Assembly (NCBI GenBank): GCA_040954595.2
Contig: CM082597.2
Location: 5,027,244 to 5,091,243 of the forward strand
DNA: 64,000 bases
Direction: 5' to 3'
Origin: Balanoglossus misakiensis
Lineage: Eukaryota > Animalia > Hemichordata
The notes beneath the pieces are model-generated. The model ran no database searches. It was not told the origin of the DNA and saw nothing but the letters and a program-made list of their open reading frames with translations. Positions 36,511 to 48,700 of the stretch are shown piece after piece; the stretch's first letter is position 1, and each line of letters opens with the position of its first letter. Position numbers and translations under genes: made by a program.

Positions 36511-39344
36511 AAATAAATGAATAAAAGATGCATTGCAGGATTGTGGACAGTGGGAACAGTTGTCAACATTAGCCATTGCATTGCACAAAAAACGATCACA
36601 GAATTGTTGTCATTTCTTTTGAAAATTCTACAAAATAACTGAACCTGTACATCCGTGGTATCACGCTACACTGATATTTGGTAAAGAATTCCTTCCAACA
36701 TCGGTAAATGTTGACAATTTTGATTTTACCAGAAAACACGGCGCGATGGATGTGTATACAACGCCGATACGTTCCGAAATGTTTTATTTCTCGCCTTTGT
36801 GTTTCTTGTATTTCGCCGATGCTGGCCTGCTATATCATCAATGCACACATCTCATTCTAGCTGAACGTTGAAATCTGTTCTGAGATGTTGAACTTGAAAA
36901 AAACTTGATGTGTACAAATAGATCTTTCCTTTTATAATTCACCCATGTTTATATTTTGGATTTTAATGTAGTAATGATATCTTCAAGCTGACCTTGTTAA
37001 TTCGGACGGTTTACATCTGTAAACATTACAGTTTTATTGTACGAGAACACAGTACTACTATAATACCCCTCCATGTACTGTTGAAATTCAAGAGTATGAT
37101 CGATTGGTTGTTTGCTTGATTTTCGTAGTGTTATTTCCACAGTTGTATGAACTTTGTTTCTACAATAGAACACGACTACTGCTTGACGTAGACTAGCTGA
37201 AGTCGGTGGTCTATATTATGTGAATAGCATATGATGACACAGAAAAAATATTCTCTAATCAGTGACATCTACACAAAAGATTTATATGATAAAGAACCAA
37301 TTTTTATTAATTTTTATTAAATTCAAAAACTTATTCACAATTATTTGTATGTTTAATCAACCTGAAAGTTTCTCTTAAAAAAGAAAATCATAAACAAAAT
37401 GCGTTATGAACAAAAAAGGAACTCTAATCTGCAAGAAAACGTCATGTCATGCATATTTTGTAAATTGATAATTGATAAAACTCCACCTTTTTTGCCAATG
37501 AATGGGAAAATGGGAATCCCAAAACTGTAGTTGATATTTCGGAAAAACACTTTGCAAAACACACACGCACAGTAAAATCATTGAAATGAGTCTTCTAAAA
37601 TAGATGACAGTATACTGTACAACAGAAAAAAAATTATAACTGAAAAAAAAGAAAACTATTTCCAACAAAACAGATATACATGTAAATAAATTACAGCTCT
37701 GGGTTTTATTTCCTATCTATATAAACTCTACAAATTTAAAGGCAGTCACAACATTAGTGAAGATCTTGTTTATGGCCATAACTAAGTAAACCTAATGAAA
37801 TTTTGTCGACTCACGAATTCATCTTTAACAATGCCATGACGGTTTGAAGTTGAACACCAATGGAAACTCTATGATTGGTTGATGACAGTGAGGCAAATCC
37901 TTAAAAGCACATGAATGAAATTAAAGCATTTTGTACCATTCAACTGTTAGAGTGTCACAAAGTAGGTGCGAACACTGATTGGTTGAGCAGGCATCATGTG
38001 ACTAGTATTGCTACAATTGGTTGAAGCTGACTGGCTGGGCTGCTTTGTGTCAGCTGATAATGCTGTTGCCTGCAATTGGTTAATATTGTTGGATCTTGTT
38101 ACATAAATAAAATATCTTCAACCGATGATTTGTATTCCTGGGCCAAATATACTGGTAATGGTATTTTTACATGAAGTAATTCACCCCTTTCACCCCTAGT
38201 ATCCTTTATATGGTTCAACCCACGCTATTAAAAACACAGAGACTTGAAGTGAAAGGGATAAATCGAAAGGGTATTCTGTATCCCAGACAATGTCAATAAT
38301 GCCAACAGTAAATACCTTCTGTGATCTTAGGGAAAAAAAATCGAAAGAGTCAACTTTATATAAATACAATCCACTGATCATTGTTTGGCTGAGGGATTAA
38401 ATAAACTATATTTTGTCAACATCATACAATCACAAACTGGCCTCTCACCACGTCTGCTGGATAAGTCTTCTTTTTCGACACTGTTCAGTTCTTACAGTTA
38501 ATGTTACACACTGGTAGTTGACACACTCTATCACATGAAAAAATGTTACTTTCCAACACTAAAAAATTATGGCATAACACAAATAACGAACACATATCTC
38601 AAACAAAGCGCAACAAAACAATAGTACACAAGTTGAAAGTAAAATCATTCAGTCTCAAAACTCTTCCATGACACCAAAAAAGGACTTTTCTACAAAAATA
38701 ATTCTTTGTTCGTGCTCTGTGTAAAAATATGTCCTCTTTTTTAAAAAGTACACTCTGGCCTATATGACAGTTCACAACCTTCTTGGGAAGAACAAATATA
38801 CAAAAAATATTGCCATGGCAATGACCTTTGACTCCCAACGTTGCCTGAGTTAAGCCGTTTACGAGTCTGTAAATACAGTAAAAATTGTCATCAAAAACAG
38901 AAAGTGTAATTTATTAATGAAAGTCACCCTCTTTTTTTCACCTGCCACCCCTAATTTAACACCAAAGTCGTTTCTCCCTTGATGAAAAATGCTGATAGAT
39001 TCTAAAAATATCACAGGAGAGGGGTTTGGAGCGCTAGGTACAGGGGATTAATAATGGGTGTTTGTTATCATTGGCATTGCATCTTTCAACACAGTATTTC
39101 CTGTTGTTTATCGTATACCCATTGCACTATACATCATTTTTGGTATCACTTGTGCGGTCGTTATTGTCTGGTAGAGACAACATAATTTTGGTTGGACCAA
39201 TCACCAGTACTGTAGCTGGACGTCTCTCCTTGAGACTGTTTTGCACACTTTCTCATTCTCAATATTCACACCAAATTTACATCTGCATAAGACACTCCAG
39301 ATTCATTACAATTATCGCTCAGTATCACATCACACCTCTGCATA

Positions 39345-39600
39345 GCATGTCATAGTTTACATGGCACCATTGGGCAACCATACTGCAAACTGTCCAAGTC
39401 AAAGCACATATGGCCCTACTGGGCCACCGTACAGCAAACTGTCCAAGTCAAAGCACATAATATGGCTCCACTGGGCCACCGTACTGCAAACAGTCCATGT
39501 CACAGCACACAGAATGTGGTCCCATTGGGCCACCGTACTGCAAACTGTCCAAGTCACAGCGCACATTATGTGGTTGACCGGGCTACCGTACTGCAATACT
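39345..39600. repeat. ~50-55-bp minisatellite x5 in the presumed KMT2 3' UTR
   Basis: TGGGCCACCGTACTGCAAACTGTCCAAGTCACAGCACA repeated. Confidence 0.9.
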
Positions 39601-39768
39601 TTATCAAGTGTAAAAAAATGAATGCATGCAGTTTCGGCAGTCCATCTGTACTGACCATCACCCCAATCATCAAAGGAAAGTAGATTACACCAATTCAATA
39701 CTTCAACTGGGTCAAACCATAACTCTAACCCTAGGGGTGTTTTCATATCTCTTTTCCCTGTAACTCTT

Positions 39769-42700
39769 TTAATTGAGATGCTTTCTGCACTTCTTGGAAC
39801 CGCAAGAACAAGGAATCTTTTCTTCTTCAAATGGAAATTTGTAATCATATGTCAGTTCTTCTCCAGGCATAATCTTGCGACTGGCAAAGATGACGATGTG
39901 TTTCTTTCCATCGACTTGAATCACACGGGAGAAACAGTTTGGCTGAAATAAGGAGAAATAATCAGTTTGTCACTGGTTTCTGATAACATGCTTCAAAACA
40001 TTGAATCACAACTCTATTTTTTGTTTTGGGTAAGTAACTCAGTTAATACCTGTACAAAACTCACTTACAGCTATGTCTGAAATAATAGCTGTGACAAAAT
40101 TTATCAAAAAGATGAAAGAAAAACATAGAGTTTCATCAACCACTGGCTTGCCCAAAATACAATTTCAATGTGGACTTACTTCACACGAATGGTTGATGAA
40201 TCGAGCAGCATTTCCATGCATGGTCGCATCCACAACATCGTAGTCATCAATACGGAACATGTAACAGCCAATACCCTGTAAATTGAAAGACATATAACCA
40301 TGACTGTAGTACATAAATTGCATACAATGTGGTTGAAAAAAAATGCAGCCAGCAGTTTGAATGATATTGGTCTAGGCATGATAGGTAAAAGCTACTTATA
40401 AACGGACACATGCACACAGATCACCCACCTTACTGTCATAGTATTTTTCTCTCTTATCTGTGAGTACTGATCTGATGACCATACCACTGTACTCAATCAC
40501 CATCTCACCAGCATCAATGGGACGCTTACAGAACAAACCTCGACCATGAATTCTCGACCTACAATGCAAATATCAAAGTATTTTTTAAAGGAACGTGCCG
40601 ATTTGTGCAAATTTTTGAGAAATTGCCATTCAGAATTCCTCAAACCACCACGAGGTATGCAATTGTGTAATGTAACACGCTAACCATCAGTTTCTGCCTT
40701 AGAAACCTGAATTTTGCGTAAGTTCAGCTGCCTGACTGGTAAAAGTAACTTTTATACCTAAATTCCATATTTCATGGATTTTGGTGATACAACAGATCTA
40801 GTTCACACATGCCCATATATGATATGATTAACAGGGATTATGTCCAAGTCTTCTAACACCCATGCTGGTAGTATTATGTTCAAATATCCATAAATTAAAT
40901 AAATAAGTGACAATGCAATTGTCATTTTTGAGTGCCACAATCTGGTCTGTTAAATCCACAAACCTATAGACGCCAACAGCTTCCCTGGACGTCCTTTCCA
41001 GATGGCGGAATCTCATGGCCATCGGTAAATCCATACTGGTAGCTCTCCTGTCGAGGAATGAACACCAGAGATATGTCAACATTGAATATTCCAGATTTTT
41101 TGTATTATTTGCTGCATACGAGAGCCATACATCTTAAATGATGCACCATTTTCAGTTTGCCTCGTTCCATAATGTTTACTGTATTTGAATGTGAAAATAT
41201 GCACCAGGCTTTTGTGAAGAAACCAATTATCCAAATCATACGGCAAAGGCCTCAGTAATAGCTGGGTAGGCACATCTCCTTCACACATTTGACCATTAAG
41301 AACATTAGTATTTTGAAAAATTCTATAGTGTCTTTTTGAGTGTACATGATAAACAACCACTCCTTCCTTCTGTAATTAATGGAAATCCCTGAATAAAACA
41401 TTTCTGTATACACTGACTGAAGATCAGTCAGTGATAATCTTCAGTCAGTGATACATATGTAGGGACAATGCATGCACAATTTCCACATTGTATCAATCTG
41501 TGAAGACACAGGGGGGTACAGTGCATCAACCCTTGATGGTGGATCTCACAGTGGACCAATCCATATTGACACGGGGGTGCCCATACCTCGCTGACTTGTG
41601 TTGTATTTCTTCTTCTTCGTCCAAGTTATCGGTATGGATTGCCAGCTTGCGATGCTTGGACGCCAGGAAGTTGAACATGTCGAACTTGGATCGTCTGGTG
41701 TAACATTCTGTCCTGGCACAGCCGTGAGGATTTATTGGTGGTTCCTACATGGACCAATAAAACAATGCACAGTTTAACATTTTGTGTACAGAACATCTGG
41801 TGTGGTATAATATGAGCTATGGGATTTGTTTTGATAGTAACTTTCTTATGCCTTTGTTTATTGAGCAAAAGAGGTCTATTGGTATTAAAGATCCAATAAC
41901 TCCAACTTTGGGCCATTTTCTAAACGCACCAAAAAATAAAGAGTTAATATTTTGTGTACAGCACATCTGGTGTGGTCACATACGCTATGGGATTTGTTTT
42001 GATACAGTTAAACCTGTGTTAGTGGCCACCTCTATCTAGTGGCCACTTTGTTCCGGTTCCTGCGCAATAACATGTACATTAATTGACCTGTCTATAAACA
42101 TCAGTTTAGGAAAGTCCCTTGACCGGCCACTATAGATAGGTTTGACATTAGTAACTTTCTTATGCCTTTGTTTATTGAGCAAAAAAGGTCTATTGGTGTT
42201 AAAGATCCAATAAATCCAACTTCTATCCAGAGTATAACAAGAAACAGGACTTAAAATACGGGGAGAAAAAATAGTTAAAAAAAAAAAGTTCCTAGGACAA
42301 ATTTAACATGACAAAATTCCCCTCACCTCGTCAATGAAGTCCTGGGATGACTCATATTGATGAAATTTGAATTTGTATTTGCGGCAGTTTTTTGCTCCAT
42401 ACAACTGTTCCAGCAGATAAACCACAGCATCATGGGTAACACCAATCATGCGTAGCCCATCGACACCTGTAAAGGTCAAAGTTCAAAGGTCAAGAAGCAA
42501 GTAATATCATTTCTGTTAATGACAAATTGTCGTACTACTAAACATTTGACAAAAAGCCATGCCACTAACTGAATATCATATTTTGCCTTATACTTAAATA
42601 AGTAACTATACTTGATTTGATATCCATTCTCTGAATGAAAAATGTCCAGCAATAAAAAGGATCTGCCCCATAGCCAAATAGAGACACTAACCTGCAAAGG

Positions 42701-45700
42701 ATAAATACTTCATCCCTTGGCTATTCCGTGTTTCTTGAACTTTCTCCAGAACCTTCTGCCAGGCCTCTGTGTAAAATTGCAATGGAGATAAGGCAATGTT
42801 AAAGTTGAGTGTGACTGACATCAATTCATGTGGCCCTGGTCACCTCTTCACAAATTGTTGAAGACTGACAATTTCGTGTGTACAAACATTACTTGTCTGC
42901 AGAGTGTAGTTTTTCTTCAACTCTTTATAGTTTGCTTGTACGTGGTGATCATTAAAGGTATAGTCACCTCCAATTTACACACGCCCATATTTGGCTGAAA
43001 AGGCGTATTTGAGTTCTCTAAAGAACATATGGTGGCACCCTTTTTTTGCATGTGCCACCCACTGAAAATCTGTGATTGGCTATATCTCAATTCGCCATGG
43101 TAACTATAGATAATTTTCCATAGGTGAACGTATATCTTGAACTTGACAACATACTCGGGTTGGCGATTATACCTGTTATTGTGTCAGCTTCTGTATGAAA
43201 ACCATCATCACTGGTGACTTCAAACACAAGATGAGGCTCATCTTTATTTTTCGGCGATTCCTTCTGTTTTCTCTTCTCCTCCTGTTCCATCATCTTCATC
43301 AGGAAAGACCCGGCTTGGTCATCGTCTTCATCATCATTCTCCTTGTCTTCCTCCATGAATCTGGTCAGATCAATGTAAGATTCTCTTCGCCTGTGTTTGG
43401 GCTTCAGTCTTTTCGGTTTGGTTGGAGCGCCCTCTACAAGATTTGAGTGAAGCAACAATTGGTGAATGGAAATTTTTAAGAATACTACACCAAAATATTA
43501 CCCAACAACAAGGCATAGCTGTCAGTTGGATTTTCATAATGCTTATTTCTTTCGACCCATACTGAAATGGTTCACCTGAAAACAGAAAACTGTGGCACAA
43601 TTTGAAATTTAAACTGAAAACATCAAGATCAAACCAATATATGGTGATGATGGTTTAATCAATAGTCTCGATTCATGTTTCATCCTTTACCGCGACTTAA
43701 TTTTACTTCGAGACTGACTCACCTTCTGTACACGTACTGTCATCACTCTTTGCTTGCAGCTTCTCTTTCCTCTTTCTCTTCTTCCTTCCTTTTGCCACCT
43801 CCGCCCCGCTCTCACTGGTCGACTGATCCTTCATCATCGGAGGCTCTCGCAGAAGACTGTACACGGAGAGATCTGCGTTCTTCAGCCTTTCCTCCACTGC
43901 CTTCTCCCAGCTGGAGTTGGCCGGATTGAACGTCGGAGGAGCGAATTCATCCGACTGGAATGTTGGGTGCTTCATGCGCGGACGATTTGATGCAGACGAA
44001 GATCCAGGGTTCTTAATCCTTGGTTTGGGTTTTGTCTGTGATGGTCCTGGAGTGGCTTTGTTAACACTCTCTTCTATGCTGGGCTCGCTCTCCTCGCGAG
44101 TTGTCAGGTCACGGCAAACGGCTCCAGGCATGACCATATTGGCGCCCATCCAGACACTATGGCTCCTCTGGTTGGTTTTGGGACTTTTCGTCTTCCTGGC
44201 ACGCTTGGCTGCAGGCTGCTGTCTTCTCTTCTTGACTGGTGGGGTTCCGAAAAGCTTGGCCGACACCAGGTCCAAGTCGATCGCCGACTGCGTCACCAGA
44301 GCCTGGTGAAGAGAGGCCAGTTCCGCCGGTGACAGATTACTCAGGCTGTCCAGCCCAGCAGCAGACAGGATGCTCGTCAGCTGCGTGATCTGGTCTGGCT
44401 TGGCTGGTCGCCTCCCACCCAAACTTGCAGGGATCTCTTGAGGCGTGGTCTGCGGTTTTCCGTCCACAGCAGCAACGGTCGCGGTGTTGCTTTGAAAGCC
44501 GGTGAACTGCTGCGTCGCACTTGTTTGAGGCAGCGGGGGAAGCAAGGACGCCGGCGACAAGAACGTGCCGTGCAGCTGATTCTGCTGGACGATCGACCGG
44601 AGGGCAGCTGACGCCCCGAGGCCGCTAGAAGTGGTAACAGACACTTTGGCTAAGTCTGCCGAGTACTGAAGATTCTGCTGCGCTAAGAGGCTGTTCAGCC
44701 CAGTGTTTTGCACAGAAGGAGAAATCTGCCGTAAACCAACGCCCACAAGGTTTGGAACAGCTGTCTGTGCAGTCTGTGATGTAATCATAGTAGGGTTCGT
44801 ACTGTGCTCCTGGGCCGTGTTGCATCTGAAGGACATCATTGCTTGCCTAGCAGCATCACTCAAACCAATACTGCTGGTGTTTTTGGCAATCTGGTGTTCG
44901 TCTGTCAAACCTGTGCCTGCCATCACTGGAACGCTGTTGGTTGGCATAGTGCATGACGTAAGGGAATTAGAAGTTCCAGTTGTCAACATCCCATTGGCAG
45001 CCAGTAGCTGAGATGTTGTGGTAATGGTACTTGGTATCGAAGAAAACTGGACAGAATGCTTTGCAGTCGCGTGTGGATCCTGAGTAAGAGAAACCTGTGC
45101 AATGGTGACAGAGTTTGGAATGCTTGTGAGGTTCGAAACGGTGCCCGGAATGGTCAGGTAGGCAGACGTTACTGGCGACTTATTGCGGAGGATGTTGGGC
45201 GTGGTTTGTGCCCTAGAAACGGTTGCCGTAGGCTGCATGACTTTCAAGAGATCCTGCCACACTTCCTGTGTGATTGCATCGGCAGTTGGCATCTTGTGTG
45301 TACTTTTCTGAGGCGACAGGCCCTGAATTAATTGTTCTAGAGTAGGGTTTGTCATTGGAAGCCCTGCTTGGTTCTGCTGTATGACGTTTCCTTTGATGGT
45401 TAGTGCATTGCTGTGAGGTGCATTATTGCCAGCTAACTGCTGTTGAGTGAGGAACTCTGAATTCAAGCCAGGCTGTAGAAGAATGTCAGACACCACATTC
45501 TGTTTCCCGCTTGTAGAGTACAGGTTTGCTGCCATGTCCTGAATCAAGTTGAAGTTCGGGGTCCCCTGTACCTGGACCTGCATTCCACCTGGTACTTGAG
45601 TTATTGGATTGATTGATAGCGATGACTTAGATGTGTTATATTGTTGGGGTAACTGTGCCCCTACTGTGTTAACACCCTGTCCCATGTTCGTCTGTAAATT

Positions 45701-48700
45701 ATTCTGCACAATCAACGGTGCTCCAAAATCCGTGCTTTGAAACACTGTGTTTCCAAAACTGTTGCTGCTTGTTGGTGTAGATTGTAGGAATGATTTGATT
45801 GGGCTGTAGACAGAGTTTTGAGGAACTGTCGGGGACTGTTTCAGGGGACTTATATTAGCAGTGCCTGGTACATTCGAATTGGTAATGTGTGCTGACACGA
45901 TGGGTTTCTGACTGGACGATGTGGGCACAACTGGAGGCTGGAATCCGCCGAAGCTGATGGAATTATGAACCGGGGGCATTCCTGGAATGTTGAGTGTCTG
46001 CACCTGACTGCAGGGCTGCGGAACCAGGTTCGCGCATCCCTGCGACTGGAGTGAAAGTCCTGTCCCTTTGCCGAGCGCATACGTTGAGTTGATATGCAAC
46101 TGTGGCTGTAACTGCTGCTGTACCACAGTGGCTGAATTGTGGCTTTTCATGTCAACGATCACTTTGACGGGACTTTGTTGCACTGTGTGGGTTTGGGATA
46201 CACTAGGCAACTGCTGGCCCACCAAGAGGGTATCCTCGACTGGTGTCGGAGTGTCTTGATTGTTATACAACAATACAGGAACTCCTTTGTTGTTGACTAC
46301 CATGTATGGGGTCGCTTGAGGGTTAATGACGGGTACATTTTGGACCTCGATGCTCCCGACACCATCGTTAACCCTGGTGGTGATCTTCTGTGGCGTTCGG
46401 TTCTCTGCAGGTATACCCTTGTTGACAACAGATGAATTATCTCGGATATTGACCGCTCGGGGTACGTTAGCCGCCTGCACTGCATTGGCTGCCATGATGA
46501 CCATCTGCTGTTGAGGATTACTAACCACACTCATCATAACTTGTCGGTCTTGTTTGTCCTGTCCTGGGCTGGGGTCGGAGGCTCTCTTTGGCAAAATGGC
46601 CACCGGTGGTTGGGGTGATTTCATGCGGTTAGGGCCTGAGGATCTGGTGGGACTGACTGAGTTGGGTACTCCAATCACGGTGGACGGATCAATGAGCGCC
46701 TGGCTCTGCTGCAGCTGTGCTTGGTTCTGAGAGTGTTGTTGATAGTTTGCCACTGGCTGTGGCTGAGGAATCCCTTGTAGCAGTTGCTGTGGTTGGTAGC
46801 CTTGCTTCTGGAGCTGCACAGGATGTTGCTGCAGTATAGCCAAGGCCTGTTGGTGCTGAAGCAGCTCGGCTGTCATGTCCCGCTGCTGTGCAACGGAAAA
46901 GGTCGGCTGCACTACCTGCTGTTTAACCTCAACTGCCTGTGTGTGCATCTGCGACTTCTGCAAAACGTTTGCCTTCTGCGACGCATTACCCTGCAGTGTC
47001 TGTTGATGTACAGTGATGATTTTCTGCTGCTGGGGAAAACTCGTATCTCTCTGCTGCGCGAATGGACTCAGTTTAGGCTGGTGCAGTTTTGATGCCTGTT
47101 GCTTCTGTGATGAACTAGCTCCAGGCTGCTGAGACTCCTTCTCTGCTGACGAAGACCCTGGCAGCTTGCTCTGCTCTTGCTGATCGTGCTTCACAGATTC
47201 TTGCCACGCTTGCCCTGCAGGTTTCTTCTTATCTCCTTGCGTTTTGTTTCCTTGATTGTAGACATTTATCTCCTTCTGCAAAGTATGTTCAATTAGATCA
47301 CCCATGCTGAAAGTATACCCTGCCGATGAGGTATTGGTCATGGCAGTGCTAACTACAATTCCTTTCGGAAGTGCAGCTGTCTTGCTGCTTCCGTCTGGTA
47401 AAGTAATCACTACAACATGTTGGTCGCCGATTTTTGACAGCTTACCATGTACAAAGTAAGAAGATGGCTTTGATTTGCTCTCTGAGCTATTCTTTGGTGG
47501 GTTATCTTTAGGGGTCGTAACTGGTGTGGTTTCCCGTAGGAGCTCACTCAAAGAGAGATCTTCATGAGCTTTGGGTGTTTTAACAGAGCCCCCCTGAACT
47601 GGATCACCAGATCTCAATTCTACTGAGGGGGTGGGTGGCTTATTGGGGATAGTTTTATTCTCTGGTTTGCCTTTGGGAGATGTCGTTGGAAACTCGTCTT
47701 TTTGGTGACAGGTCTTCTCCTCCGGAGAAGTGGTGTATTGTGTTGGCAATACCTTCTCTGGACTTAGCAACAGTGACTGAAGTTTTAAACCAACGGGAAC
47801 ATGGTCAACTGGTGATGTTGGAGGCTCTGGCATTGATGATGGTGACCTTGAGGGAGTCTTCAAGCCTGTCTCCGCCTTTTCATCAGAAAGTCCCTTTGGG
47901 GTTACAGACCTGACATCACGCATGGAATTTTCCTTCACAGCATCATTAGCACATATCTTGTCCGGCCGAGATTTGTCCGATTCAGTGGGGTTCTCTGTAT
48001 TTTTACTTGTGGATGCTGCAGATTCTTCCTCTCCTGCTGCTGGAGGTGAATCTTGCCCCGCATTCTTCAACTCATCACACTTGTTCAAAACCACCACAGG
48101 GTTCAACTCCTTGATGGCAGCAATCTTGGCCATGTCATTTGTCAGGAAGACACCATCAGACTGTGCCTTATCCACAGAACTACTATCTTGAGAACCACCA
48201 ACAGAATTGTCTTGCGAACCACTCGGATCTAGAGAAGATCTTCTTGACTTGACTTGAGAAACACCCTGATCTACAGATCCTCTTCTTGGTTTCTCGTTAT
48301 GGTCACTCAGATCAACAGACGCCTTTCTTGACTTTTCTTGAGAACCGCTTAAATCCACAGATGTTCTTCTCCTTGATCTGCCATTTCTCACTTCCTCTAT
48401 CCTTTTCTCCTCATTGATATTACTTTTCTCACAGGCACTACTCCGCCTGCTTCGAGTCCTTGTCTGTACTTGTCCATCATTCTTCCTACAACTAACACGA
48501 CCTTCTTCACATTCCTCACTCCTCTCGCTGCTTTCTTGACCCACTAAACTCTCATCTGCCCTCTCCTCCTCCTCTGTTATCCTTTCATGAACAATACTGT
48601 CAGCACTTCCAAAACTTTTCTTTCTGCCTCTCTTCTGGGTAGGTGAGACCATCTCCTCCTTGCCCGGAGACTTATTGGGTTTGGGCAGCGTCGGAGTTCC

